From positions 71,302,001-71,366,000 of the forward strand of contig NC_045697.1 of assembly GCF_009834535.1 (NCBI RefSeq): a DNA stretch of 64,000 nt, given 5' to 3'. Below are positions 11,310 to 25,047 of the stretch, piece by piece. The position numbers and the translations under genes were made by a program. Origin of the DNA: Camelus ferus. Taxonomy: Eukaryota. How positions within the stretch are numbered: the first letter of the stretch is position 1; every line of letters starts with the position of its first letter. The notes beneath the pieces are model-generated. The model was given only the letters and a program-made list of their open reading frames with translations, was not told the DNA's origin and ran no database searches.

Positions 11310-13500
11310 TTTTTTATCTTGATTTTTATCAAACAGCTTTGCTAAACTTTCTTGTAACTTTAGTAACTTTTAAATATATGTTTAACGTTTTAAAAATACA
11401 ACGCATAATTCTTAGGAGATCAATTGTAGTTTCTCCTTTTTAATTTGTATGCCTTAGTTTTGAATTTTGTTTTTATATTACATTGGCTAGAACCTGGGGG
11501 GAAAATGTCAAAATAGTCACTGAAGGCAAATGTTATTGTCTTGTTCCTGATTTTTAAAAAATCGTTAGTTTTCACTATTCAATATCATGTAGGCTGCAAA
11601 ATTTGATAGATACTGTTTATTGAGTTATGGAAATTTCCTCCTATTCCTGGTTTGCTAAGAGTTTGTTTATTATCACATATAGTGTATTGAATTTTATTAA
11701 ATGTTTGCTCTTCCATCTATTGTGATATTTATATGGTTTTTCTTTTTAAAATTATTACCATAGAGAATTATTATATGGATGGATTTTATGGGTTATCTAA
11801 TGCTAAAACACTTGTACTCCAGGGATAAATCCAGATTTGTCATGATTGTTCACAAATATATGTGTGTTTGTGTATATGTAGTAATGTGTTACTTCTGGAT
11901 TCAATTGGCTATTTTTAAAAGAATTTTTATATTGACGTTGTAATGAGCTAAATTATGATTTTATTTTATTTTTGTCTAGTTTTGGTATCAGAGTTGATCA
12001 ATCTCATAAAATTAATTGGGATTTTTCCCCCTTATTTTTATTATATGGAATAGAGTGCATAGAGTAAAGATTTTCTTTTATGTAATTTTTGAAAGAACTC
12101 TGCTGTAAAATCATGTGACTAGTGTTTCATTGGTAGATTTTTAACTACTTTTTCAGTTACTTTAATTTTAATAAGTTTGTTCTCCTATAGGTCTATGTTT
12201 TCTTGAGACAACTCTGGTGACATACATTTTTTCCAGCAATTTATCCATTTTGTGTAAGTTTTCAATATATTGGCATAAAAATATATCATTATTTAATTTC
12301 CTATATGTATAGTTCCGCCTCTTTTAAATATGTAAGACTTTTTAATTTGTGCTTTGTCTCTGTTTTTTTTTTTTTTTTTTTTTTTTCTTTATCATGCCAT
12401 GAACAATGGCTTTCCCTGTTCTTTTGTTCTCTCCTATAATGCCCAAGTAAATATATGCTGGTCCTTCCATTTTATGTTTCATACACTTTTTCCTCTTTCC
12501 CACTTCCTATTTTTCCTTATGTGTTACATTCTGAGTAATTTCTTCAATAGATACTCCATTGAGTTCTTTCCAGTCTGTTTTTTTAAACTCATCCTTGCCT
12601 CTCCTCTTTTAATCACCCATTACATTTTTCATTTCTCACTTTTCTATTTGTTTATTATTACAAACTGCCTGGTCCTTTTGGTTGATATCTAATTTGTTTC
12701 CCTTATGTTTAATTTCTTTTTTTTTAATCTCTTCTTTAAATCTGATTATATGACATACCTGATAAGTCTTTCATGTGAAGGTGTTAGTAGTGTATTTCTG
12801 CCATTTGTTTTTTGTTGACTTTGGCTCATTATGGATTTTTTTTCCCCTCATGTTTTATAGTTTTGAGCTGCGAAATCTGTTCAGCTGACTTTACTGGTAG
12901 ACTCTTGGAAGGATGGCTTGATGTTTTCTCTTTACAGAACAGTTTTAAGTATACATCTGCCACGCTTAGCCATTACCACTTCGGGAAATACTTTTTATAT
13001 ACTAATTTTCCAGACCATGAAAACTGTGAATTTAAATCCCTAAACTTATTAAGGCAGGCCTATGAAAACAGTGTTTCAGGGGAGGTGTTTTGGTTTTTTG
13101 GTTTTTTTTGGTTTTTTTGGTTTTTTTAACCCAGAGCCCAGGATAATACAAAGTTCCTTTGTCATATTCATTTTCAAGTAGAGAGGTTTTAATGAAGTTC
13201 ACACTTTCATAGTGGATGATGTCCTTCAAGGGTTGTGGTTGTATGAGTCATCTTCATTCCAACTTATCAACTCACAGGTGCCCAGGGTTTCATGTGGCCT
13301 TTAAAGGCCAAGCCTCTTGATTACTCAGCCTAGCAAAGCCTCCAGGGCTGCCAAACTGCCAGGGCCTGATTATCACTGGGTTTCAATTTCTCTTTCTTTA
13401 GGAGACAGTAGAGGTTTCCTTTAGTTACTTGTGAACTCAAACATTTACGTTAAAGAAGTTTATCCAGGACTTAACAGATTTGCCTCAAGAGGGCTTTTTT
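11310..13500 (-). mobile_element. Old L1 fragments (ORF2, then ORF1/5' region), antisense
   Basis: ttgtcttgttcctgatttt, ttcctcctattcctggtttgctaagagttt and ttctggattcaattggcta are antisense L1 ORF2 motifs. Confidence 0.7.
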
Positions 13501-13525
13501 TCACCATCAATACACGAGATTTTTG

Positions 13526-13553
13526 AAAAAAAAAAAAAAAAAAAAAAAAAAAA
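13526..13553 (+). repeat. Poly(A) run, 28 nt
   Basis: Read directly from the sequence. Confidence 0.95.
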
Positions 13554-13734
13554 GACCTTGAAACCCTTCAATGCAAACCCATCATCTAGGTTTTTCAGTA
13601 GCTGATGATCACATCTGAGAAATATAAAATATTGCCCAGTTAAGAAAATGGCTTAATGCATTAATCTATAATACTGAACAAACTATTGTTTTCATCCGAT
13701 AGTATTTTAAAATAACAAAATATAATTTATGAGG

Positions 13735-14130
13735 AAATTACACCATTGAAAATTACTAAAGACTTCAGACCTTTTATTTTTGTGGGTTATGGCTATCATT
13801 ATTTACAATGTTATAAATCAAAACTAAGAACTTAAATTTTTTATTAATTTATTTTAAAATAGTCACAATATACCCATTACATTTTCACATAAATATTTTC
13901 ATGAAAATTGTATTTTCCAAAGCAAAAAATAATGAGAAGAGAGTTATTGTTTTATATTTTTGTATATCTCTTTAAGGTCTAACTTCATAGAGAAGAGCTG
14001 GATTCTCATATGTTTCTATATTCAATGTGTTGCAATATTTGATTGAAATCTATGAAGAAAATCTAGTTTCACAGAGACATGTAGTTAGAAAAGGGAAGAG
14101 TGTTCTAATAACTTTTTCCAGATCATTATA
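13735..14130. mobile_element. hAT-Charlie DNA transposon fragment (Charlie1-like)
   Basis: agagctggattctcatat...tatgaagaaaatctag...tgtagttagaaaagggaagagt resembles the Charlie1 consensus. Confidence 0.7.
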
Positions 14131-14132
14131 TT

Positions 14133-14310
14133 ATTTTTTTTATTGAAATATACTTAATTTACAATGTGTTGATTTCTGGTGTACAGCATTATGTTTCAGT
14201 CATACATATACATACGTACATTCCTTTTCGTATTCTTTTTCATTACAGGTTACTACACAATATTGAATATACTTCCCTGTCCTACACAGAAGAAACTTGT
14301 TGTTTATCTA
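14133..14310 (-). mobile_element. Camelid L1 3' end (L1-2_Vpa-like), 5'-truncated
   Basis: ttttattgaaatata...ctggtgtacagcattatgtttcagtcatacat...caggttactac; flanked by attatatt direct repeats; homologous to the copies at 25.5 kb and 34.7 kb. Confidence 0.85.
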
Positions 14311-16825
14311 TTATATTCTTTTTTGTTTCAGTATCTATCTAGCCTGCTAAATTTAAAGGGACATGGCCAAGCACTTGGCTACACACATGAAATAGTGTTG
14401 AGTGGGGGAATAGAGAGAAAATACAATAGTTCTGTGTCCTTGCAGTCCTACAGTTATAGACACAACAGGTGTTGCATGTATTTCCAAAGCTCCTTCCTCA
14501 CCTTGAATCTTCCTCTTGTCTGCCTTTCCCCAACTTTTCTCCAGCTGACTGTTTCCAAAACATCAGATAGCCAGGGTTAAAAAAAACCAGAGAAAGGAAA
14601 AGATGCAGTATGGTTAGGACACTGGTGATGGAAGAAATTAAGGATAGGAGAAATGACAGAGTGACAGAAAGAGGCCTAGCACATTGTAGTGGCACAGAAA
14701 ATAAAGCGTAGTGAGAAGACTGCAGAGAAGGAAGACCAGGAGCAGGATAGGAGGCAAACAAGACAAGGGGCAGGCAAAATTACCCAAAGGACGGGGGAGG
14801 ACTGTGGCATCCAGAAAGAGAATTTTTTCTTTAATTTATCGGAAAGAGGGTTGCTTTTCCAGAACAGTAAGACCAGTAAGATAACAAAATAGTTAGCATG
14901 GTCTACCCAGCCTAATGTTTTGTTGGTAAGTGAGGCCCTAGGAGACCGTGGAGGTCATTCACAGCTGTCCTCACTCCAGAGATTAAGGAACCGCTGGTAA
15001 AAATCTCTCTCCCCCCGTTTTTGCTTAGAAAGTAAGTAACTGTGACCGCTACCCATGGTGGTATCAAAAATCTTTCAGAATGTTTTCATTTTTTTTCTTA
15101 GCTTGTTCTAACTCTAAGGGTGCAATATTAACTTATTTCCCCGTTGTGGAAAATAACTTTTTTTTATTTTATGTGTTTACTTACTTCTCATTTCAAATCC
15201 TTCCATCTGATACCAGTGTATCATTTTTGCAGGTTGAAAACTTTAATCTTTGAGGACCAATCTCATTAAACAGTTCTGCCATCCCCTTCATGGTCTCAGA
15301 TTCCTGTTGTTGGACTTCATTTCTATTGTGTCTTTGTTTGTGATTTGGTGCAATATCCAGATCATTATTTTACTCTTTTATTTTCTTTTAAGAATACCAG
15401 CTTTTGAATTTTTTCCCTTGTTTGAAACAGTGAACCAGTGTCTAGAGAAGGGTAACTAATAATTACCTAGTCCTTTATCTGGGTTGTTGCTGGCTGTGAG
15501 TTTGCCATTCTGTGAGTAAAGTCTGGATTGTCCCTCCAGAAGCAACTTTCTTTCTGGATTTTGTTATATAGAAACTCATTTGCCATTATTATGCCTCTCA
15601 TACCAAAAGAGATTTCTGCGGTTTATCTCTTTTAGCTTAGAATTTCACTGCGATCGAAAGTTTACACCGTTTATAGACCGGGAGATATGACTATGGACTG
15701 CTTCCTCCTGATTATTTGTAAGTGTACAAAAGATGACTACAGAGATGAGTTACCAATCATTATCCTGTAATTCTTGTTCAAGTCTATTATAAAACTCTGG
15801 CTTTCATCACTTGATGGCTCAATGCTTTTCAATAGTGTTTGATATAGAAAACTGAAAATCTAAATAGGTTTTAAAACTACTAGATCTCATTTTTTCTCAG
15901 ATTATTCCAAATAAGCACCAGTTCTCTGAAATAAAACATGTTAACTTTTGTAAATACATATATATCCTTATATTTTTCAGTGTCCCTGTCCTTTATTTTA
16001 AATTCTCACAACCTCTGTGAAATGGAAGGAAGAACTAGTAATTGGTATTTCTCTGTATTCCCCCTGAAGCCCTGTTATAAATGAATATCACGTTGGAAAA
16101 TCACCAGCTGTATGTGTAAAAGCTTGAACATTCTGTGAAATATTCTACAACTGCACACCTTAAATTTTTCAATCTTGTATGTCAGTGACAAACTGACATA
16201 TATTTGTTTTTATGTTTTCTTAGTGATTTGGTATAGGATAACCTATAGTTTTACTTTTACACATTTTAAAAATTCCAAACTAGCAATTACTAAAATAAAT
16301 TGGGAGTGAGAAGCTCCCTATACATTACCCCAGTCAAGACTCAGACAAATGGTTTATTATTCTCTAGTTGTTCTCTCTTTTCCAAACCCAGATTCTCCTT
16401 GGATACCATGAACCTCGAATTGTTCTATGGATTTCTTAGCTAAATTTCCTTATTACATTATTATTATTTAAGAAGCTCCTATACCAGATTCTTTAGAATG
16501 TATTTTGCCCCACCTTATTTGTAATTTTGAACATTCAGTTAAATATGGAAGAAAAAATTATCCTGTGAAACTACCATGTTAGAAGAAACAGTGATTTAGG
16601 TATCAGGGTCAGGGCAGGGATCTCAGAATCCATCCCCACTTCCCCACCCTACGTGTGCTGGCTCTCATCAGTCTGCGGTTTCTTCTCAGACACTAGCTGC
16701 ATAGAACAATTTCATGTCTGAATCACCAAGGGGGAATGTTCTCTCTAACGTGACATAGGGACAACTCACAACTTCCTACAGAAGTTTTGAATACAGAAGA
16801 GGAGAAAACGCAGGAAGACTGAGAG

Positions 16826-17007
16826 CAGTGGTTTTCAAAGTGTGGCCCACAAGTTAGCAGCAGCAGCAGCATCTGGGAACTTGTTGATAAATTTTTGGTT
16901 CCCCTCCCCCAGACCTACTGAATCAGACACTCTACAGGTGGGAATCCAGAAGTGTGTGTTTTAATCTTCGAGTGATTCAGATGCCCATTACAGTTTAAAA
17001 ACCACTG
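16826..17007 (+). mobile_element. MER5A (hAT MITE)
   Basis: Terminal inverted repeats cagtggttttcaaa...tttaaaaaccactg and the internal motif cccagacctactgaatcaga. Confidence 0.9.
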
Positions 17008-17055
17008 CATTAGGGACTTGGGTCCACTTATCAAAGGGCAGGCAACGTCCTGGAG

Positions 17056-17190
17056 TAGTGCTTCTCAAACATGATATGTATCGGAATTAATTGTAGGTCT
17101 CTGGTGGGACTAAAGGACCTACATTTCTGAGAAGCTCCCAGATAATGCTGCTGCTGCTGCTGTTCTGTAGACTACTTTTGATTGCAAGGC
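17056..17190 (-). mobile_element. MER5A-like MITE, opposite orientation
   Basis: tagtgcttctcaaac...catttctgagaagctcccagataatgctgctgctgc. Confidence 0.7.
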
Positions 17191-17609
17191 CACTGATAAA
17201 ATCTAGGGAGAGATCATATAAAAAAGTGCCAAGAAAAACAGGCTAGATGGAGTGACCTTGATGAGTTTGGCCCAACATGGAGGGAGATTGACTAGACTTG
17301 GCTTTATTAGGAATCTTCATAGCTGACACAAAGGAAGGCCTTATCCTGAATCCAGGATTTTAAGAAAGGTGACCAGGCATGAAAGGTCAGTGAGTAAAGA
17401 AAAGAGAGTGTGAAAGTTTAAACTTATGCCAGGCTAGGTTGTATAGTTTGAGACTGCGTGATATGTTATATCTCAATTCTCTATAGTAATTTTTGGAAGA
17501 AAGAGACATACATTTGAACTTTCACAAAGAAAGTTTTTATGATTAGTAGACACAATGGGGTAAGGTATACTCATAAAGGACAGAAAGCAGGTGCAAGTCA
17601 TGTTGGTGG

Positions 17610-17810
17610 AACCCTGCTTAGAAACCTACGGTTTAGGAACTGCTGTGTGACCTTTGGCAAGTTACAGAATGTCCTCAGTTTTCTCATATCAAAAATGTGA
17701 TTAAAAATTAAGTCTGTCTTACAAAATTTTTGTGAAGCTTAAATAAGTGAAGATGTTCAAGGCACTGAAAAGAGTGCCTGGCACATAATAAAACTCAATA
17801 AATTGTTTCT
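17610..17810 (+). mobile_element. MIR SINE
   Basis: gctgtgtgacctttggcaagtta...cctcagttttctcat...agtgcctggcacata...ctcaataaat. Confidence 0.85.
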
Positions 17811-17840
17811 TCTTCATTGTATCTTTGTCTTCACTGTAAA

Positions 17841-17842
<2 letters not shown>

Positions 17843-17909
<67 letters not shown>
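17843..17909. repeat. (ATT)n microsatellite, ~22 units
   Basis: Perfect trinucleotide array. Confidence 0.95.
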
Positions 17910-20900
17910 GTCTGCCACATTCAGGATAATTAAAAGTTAGGTGGGAGAGAAGAAAATGAGGTGATTGAGAAAAGGCTCTTTAAGAAAAGGGACATGTTAA
18001 CCAGAGATAAGGAATCCTTATGTCAAATATTTTCATAAAAAGAAATGGAAATTCTCTTTATTTTATGATTAATACCAAAGGATATATAATTAATGCAGAG
18101 CTATTGTTATTAGAGTTACTGTCAAAAATATAAAGGCAGTAATGATTTAATGAAATAGCAAGTTAGCATTAGTTCACTTTCCTTTGGCTTTTCTGAGCTC
18201 ACTTATGGGTCAGAGTTCCTGTCCAGTCTGTCTTTTGACGTGGTCAGCTGCTGCAGAAAATAGATAGTTCCTTTGGGGAGCCTATCTTTGAGTTTTCTTT
18301 TTTATTCTTTTCATTTCTTTCAAGCAAAGTCATCAATATATCAGTCTCCTGCAGGCAAGAATTGGTAAAATCATTTCTGCAGTCGTTGCTGAGAATATGA
18401 GACTAGTGTTTTGAGGTAAAAGGCAGAGAAAGAGAGTTTTTTCTAAAATTTTGTATTGATAATTTAATATGTCCCTATGATTATTTATTTAGTATTGGAA
18501 TAATTTTAGTTCATTTCTGAGATCAAAGATTTTTTTTTACCACAAAATAAAACAGGGTTTTTTTTTTTATTCATTGATCTCAACTTACTGTTTCATTTAG
18601 AAAACACTTATAGTCTAAAATGGACAAGCTAATTTAAAATACCTTATTACACATACACATAGCTTTCATCTCTCTCTCTTTTTTTTCTTTTTCTGTCACA
18701 CCCACACCCACATAATATATTGATGATTATTGGCAATTTGATTTGTGTAAATTTTCAGATATTTTCAGCACATTACATGTTAAAAATCTCAATAAAATGA
18801 AATAGAAATAAATCCCTAAAAAATAAATTTGTTGGAATTTTTCAGGCTTTACTAAGTTCTCTCCAAAACAGGTCTTTAAAAATGATTTTCAGTATTTAAT
18901 GTTTAAAGAACATTTTCTTTAAATGTTGTGCCTATTTGCTGCATTATTGGGAAGAATTTCCTTACAGACCTCAATGAAAGCAGTGTGAAAAAACAATGTA
19001 CGTAAATCTTTTACCCAAGTAGAACTGTTGTCTTCCCCAGTGGTTCAAACAGCCAGTAATATTTAACTTGCATGGATCATATAGCAATAAAATAAATAAA
19101 TGGCCCTCTCAAAAGTTACATCCTGCATTATGTAAGTATTCGTCTTTAGCACATTGTAACCTGCCTCGCCACAAAGTATTATAGCCTTCTGGCCACAAAG
19201 TAAGTACTTTCCTTACTGAGGCCTAGACATTTGCATTGATTTTCCTCACATCATAGTGAAATAGTCTGTGCCATTAAATTAAGTAACAGTGTTTAATTAA
19301 CATCCCCAGAGCATCTTATTATCAGTTGGTATCTAATGTAACTGAAGATGGCAAATGCTATGGATCTTCCTAAATGAATATTTTGTACCTCAAAGATTTT
19401 ATGAAGGTGGAGTAGTGATGAAAGACTACTCTGGTAGATCCACATTTATCCAGCTGATGTGCAAAGTTCCCACAGATTTGGCAGAGAGGAATTGTGAGAC
19501 TTTCAGAGCTACCTGGCTGTGTGAAGCAGATTGAGTTCTATCTCCTATCACTCATGCTACAGTGTAAGCAGAGAAGAGCCCACAAAGCTCAAAACCAAGA
19601 AACTCTAGTCTGTTTTTCTTTCTGAAGGGAGGCTGATGAGAATGAAAGTATTCAAGAGAGTCTCCAAGTGCATAACAACAATGGAATCCATTGACAAAAA
19701 AGCAAAAAAAAAAAAAAACCAAAACAAACAAACAAACAAAACAAACAAAAACCCCAAGGTGCACACACACACACAAAACCATTCCTATAGTGTTGACATT
19801 CTAGCAACTCCCCATTAAAAAAATTTTCGGTTTACCCCTGGAGATAAATGTACAAACTTCCTCTCATTCTAAGAAGAGGTACAAAGTGAAGCCCTTTACC
19901 GTGTCTTCCTTTGATAATTCATAAATATGGTTTGAAGTTCTCAGAATATGGAGGGGAGAAAGGAGTATACTTTGTCCCCTAGAAATGATCTTTTAATTAT
20001 AAATATAAATTGTTCTGTTCAGATCTGATATAGATGACTTGCAATTTACAAATAAATAAGGTACTAGTTAGAGTAATAACACCATTATAGAAGGTCAAGA
20101 ACACATGCAATTTGGTACACTTAAGATAGGATCAAATGACCCATGCCTTTAAGAAATCGTTGAATATAGGAGAATTAAAGTGTCAGGTTGTTAAGTCACC
20201 AGGTTTAGTTTGTTACAGGCCTTCAACCCTAGTGCCTACCTGCAGGCTAAGGCTCATTCCTGGTTCCCAAGACTCCACTGAACAACTATGGCTATTACTC
20301 CTACAATAACCTGCTGTCATACTCCAGTTGAGAAAATGGGGCTTTTGAATTGTTCCTGAGTCTCATATTTACATAATACTTCTCACCCAGCAGCTGTACA
20401 AGATGGATGCCACCAGAGGTTGTAAAGTATCTCTAGACTGTCACTAGCCTCAAGGTTGGATTCATATTTTTTTCTTCATTTTTTCTTCTAGGATGTCCCT
20501 CAATTTCCAGCAGCGTTAGAAATGCACTTAAATTTTTTTTCAATATATTTTGCCCATAATTCTTAGGTGTTTTGTGATAGATGAAACTGGCAGGCAAACA
20601 TGTTAGCTTGCAAGGCGATTGGAAAATCTCAGAGCCTTGACAGTTCTTAATATTTCAGATATATATTTTATGGTACTACTTGTTTTAACTTCTTCTTCTT
20701 TTTATTTTGTTTTTTTTTTTTTTTGATTACTTGACCAACTACTACTGCTCCTAATCTTGTATGTACAGATTACTCACTATGGTGGTTTGAAGCCTTTTTT
20801 TCCCTTTCTTTTTCTTCTTTTTTAAAATCCTCTTCTTCTAGTAGGAGTAAGAAGGCATTCAGAGTACTTCACATGTTTCAGTAATGCTCCTCTTCACTGA

Positions 20901-23889
20901 TCCCCAATTTGGTAATATTCCATTAGGTTATAAGATAGCTTATTTAGTTTAATAGTACAATTTTGACAGATTCTACTCACTTTTCCATTACAAAACCACC
21001 AGCTGCAGATACTTCTCCAAAATTTTCTTGTAGTGTTTTTGTCTTTTTATGGAATTCAGGCAACTCTGGCCTCATGGCATGAGTTAGGAAGTATTTTCTC
21101 TGCTTCTATCCTCTAAAGATATTATAGAAAATTGGCATAATTTCATCTTTAAATGTTTGGTAGAATTAACCAGTGAACCCATCTTGGCCTGATATTTTTA
21201 GTTTGGAAGGTTATTATTGATTCTATTTTTTAAATAGACATAGGATGTTCAGACTGTCTATTTCTTCTTGAGTGAGTTTTGGCAAACTCTGTCATTCAAG
21301 GGTTGGTCCATTTCTTTTGGGTTATCAAATTTTGAAGCATGGAGTTGTTCGTAGTAGTCTTTTATTATCCCTTTCATGCCCACTAAGGCTGTAGTGATTT
21401 CCCCACTTTCATTTCTGATACTAAACATGACAGAAGCTTCCTCATCTAAAGATCTGAGTTATCTAGCTGTATTTCTGACACTAGTAATTTGTGTCTTCCC
21501 TCTCTTTTTTCTTAATTAGCTTGACTAAAGTCTTACCAGTTTTATTGATCTTTTCAAAAAACTAGTTTTTGGTTTTGTTAGTTATCTCTATTCTTTTCCT
21601 ATTTCAGTTTCATTGATTTCTGCTCTGATTTTTATTATTTCTTGTCTTCTGCTTACTTTGGGCTAAATTTGTTCTTTTTTTCTTAGTGCTCTAATGTGGA
21701 AGTTTAAATTACTGATTTTTGATTTTCTTTCTTCTCTAACGTGTACATTCAGTGCTATAAATTTTTCTCCAAGCACTGCTTTCACTCGCTGTACCCTACA
21801 AATTTTGATAAATTATGTTCTCATTTTCACTTAGTTCAAAATATTTTAAAATTCATGTGAAATTTATTCTTTAGCCCATATGTTATGTACATGTGTATTG
21901 TTTAATCTCCACATATTTTGAAAATTTCAAACTATCTTTCTGTTATTGACTTCTGTTTACTTCTATTTTAATTCCCCTGTGGTCTGAGAGCAGACATTGT
22001 ATGATTTCTATTCATTTAAATTTGCTAAGATGTATTTTATGACCTGGAATATAGTCTATGTTGGTGAATGTTCTATGTGAGCTTGAGGTCAAAGTATATT
22101 TTTTTGTTGTTGGATGAAGTAGTCTACAGATGTCAGTTATAGCTAGGTAAATGATAGTGCTGTTGAGTTCAACTATGTACTTACTGTTTTTCTGCCTCCT
22201 GTATATGTCATTTTCTAATAGAATTGACATCTTCAACTATAACAGTGGATTCATTTATTTCTCCTTGCAGTTCTATCAGTTTTGATTCAAGTATCTTGAC
22301 ATTCTGTTTTTCGGTGTATACACACTGAGGATTGTTGTCTTGGAGTATTGTCCCCTTTATAATTAGGTAATATCCCTCGCTGATAGTTTTGCTTAATCTG
22401 AAGTCTGCTCTATTTGAAATTAATATAGCTACTTTCACTTTCTTTTGATTAGTGATAGCAGGGCATATCTTTCTCCATTTCTTTACTTTTAATCTATGTA
22501 TTTACATTTAAAGTTGATTTCTTGTTGAAAGAGTGAATTAGGGAATATTTTCTCTGTTTATAACTTCTGGAGAAGATACTGGTATAAAATTGGAATAATT
22601 TCTTCCTTTAATGTTTGGTAGAATTCACCAGCAAACCCATCTGAGCCTGATGCTTTATATTTTGGAAGATAAATGACTATTAATTTCATTTTTTTAATAG
22701 ACACGGGCCTGGTCACATTGTCTAGTTCTTATTGTGTGAGTTTTGGCAGATGATATCTTTCAAGGATTGGCCCATTTCTTCTAGTTTATGAAATTTGTGG
22801 TCATAGATGTCTTTATATTTAAAATGGATTGTTGTAGACAACCTGTATTTGGGTCTTGCTTTTTGATCCACCCTATGATAGAGATCTTTTGATTAATTTA
22901 TTTGGATCATTTACTTTTGAAGTGATTATTGATATATTTGGATTACTATCTACCATATTTGTTACAGATTTCTATTTGTTGCCCTTGTTTTGTTTCTATT
23001 TTTGTCTTCCATACTTTATGTGTCTTTGTGGTTTTAACTGAAGATTTTATAATTCCATTTTATTTCCTTTTTTAGTGTATCAAATATGGTGGGTTTTTTT
23101 TTTTTTTGTATTTATATTGGTTACTCTAGAGTTTGCAGTAAACATTTACAACTAATCCAAGTCTGCTTTCAAATAACATTATACCTCTTCACAGGTAGTA
23201 TAAGTACCTTATAGTAACAACATATTCCCAAATCCTTCCTTCCATCCCGGTATCACTGCTGTCATTCCTTTCATTTATGTAAAATCATATGTGTGCATGT
23301 ATGTACACATGGTCAAATGCATTGTTGCAATTAATTTTGAACAACTGTGATTAATTAAGAATGAGAAATCTAAAATTGTTATTTCACTTCCTGATTCTCT
23401 GATAAATCCAGATCCAGGATTCTTTCTTTATGTAGATCTGAATTTCTGGCCTATATTATCATCCTTCTCTCTGAAGAACCTCTTTTTATTATTTGTTGCA
23501 AGGTAGGTATACTGGCATCAAAATCTCAGGATTTTGTTTGTAGGAAAAAGTGTTAATTTCTCTTTCACTTTCATAGGATAATTTCACAGAGTATAGAACT
23601 CTAAGTGGGGTTTTTTTCCTCTCGTTACTTTAAATATTTCACTACATTCTCATCTTACTTGCATGGTTTCTGAGAAAAAGTCAGACATAATTCTTATCTT
23701 TGCTCCTCTATAAATAAGGATTCTCCCCCCTAGTTTCTTTCAAGATTAGTTTTTTATCTTTGATTATCCAAATTTTGAATATGATATACTCAGATGTTAT
23801 CCTGTTTGGTGTTCTTTGAGCTTCCAGGATCTGTGGTTTGATGTTTGAATTAATTTGGAGAAAATTCTCAGTCATTATTGCTTCAAATA

Positions 23890-23982
23890 TTTTTTCTCTT
23901 CCTTCCTTCCTTCCTTCCTTCCTTCCTTCCTTCCTTCCTTTCTTTTCTTTCTTTCTTTCTCTTTCTTTCTTTCTTTCTTTCT

Positions 23983-24071
<89 letters not shown>

Positions 24072-24145
24072 TTTCCTTCTTTCTTTCTTTCTCCCTTCCT
24101 TCCTTCCTTCCCTCCTTTTCCTTTCTTTCTTTCTCTCTTTCTTTC
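23890..24145. repeat. Compound (TTCC)n/(TTTC)n microsatellite
   Basis: About 250 nt of pure polypyrimidine. Confidence 0.95.
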
Positions 24146-25047
24146 CATACCCATTACACATACTTTACATTTTTTGTAGTTATCCCTCAGTCCCTGTATA
24201 TTCTGTTCCCTTTTTACAGTCTTTTTTCCTCTTTGATTTTCAGTTTTGGAAGTTTCTATTGACATATTCTCAAGCTTAGATAATCTTTCCTCAGCCATAT
24301 TAAGTCTACTAATGAGCCCTTCAAAGGTATCTTCATAATTGCTACAGTGTTTTTTTTTAATGTTTAACCTTTTTTTTTTGGATTCTTTTTTAGAATTTCT
24401 CTCCCAAATACATTATCCCCTTTTTCTTGCTTTTTGTCTGTTTTTTTTTTTTTTTTCTGTTAGAGTTGTTAGCACACTAATCATAGTTATTTTAAAGTTC
24501 TGGTTTGATAAGTCCAACATTCTTGCCATATATGACTGATTCTGATGTTCATTTTGTCTTTTCAAAACGTGATTTTTTTTTGACATTTTCTTATGCGTCA
24601 TAAAAGTTTATTGATACCTGGACATGATATCCTGGGTAAAGAACTGTGATAAAGAGACCTTTAGTAATATGGTAGTGAGATGTTGGAGGAGGGGAAATTT
24701 CTGTAGTCTTATGATTAGATCTCAGCCTTTTGCCCCAGGACTCTGAACTTTACAATTACTTCTCAGTTTTCTCCCTGCACCCACCCCAATTTTTGAAATA
24801 TAAAGGTTACAGGGGCCTGGAGTTTGGTATTAAGTTTCCCCATGTGGAAGGATAGAGGGAACTGTAGTTGAGATTTCCTTTCTCCCACATAGAGCCAACT
24901 GGACTTAAATACTTTCCTTCCCCCAAGTAGGTTATATTCTCATATAACCCAGCAGGTTATATGAGATAATAATTTTATCTGAGGGCAGACCTTGTCAAGA
25001 AGAACAGATTGCTTTGGCATGTATCAAAATTATACTTTAAAAAAAAA

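Noticed and set aside
13526..13553. Poly(A) run as the tail of a processed pseudogene
   Set aside because: No upstream poly(A) signal, coding remnant or TSD is visible.
23838..24279. F/L/S-rich and K/E/R-rich ORFs
   Set aside because: They are translations of the TTTC/TTCC microsatellite.
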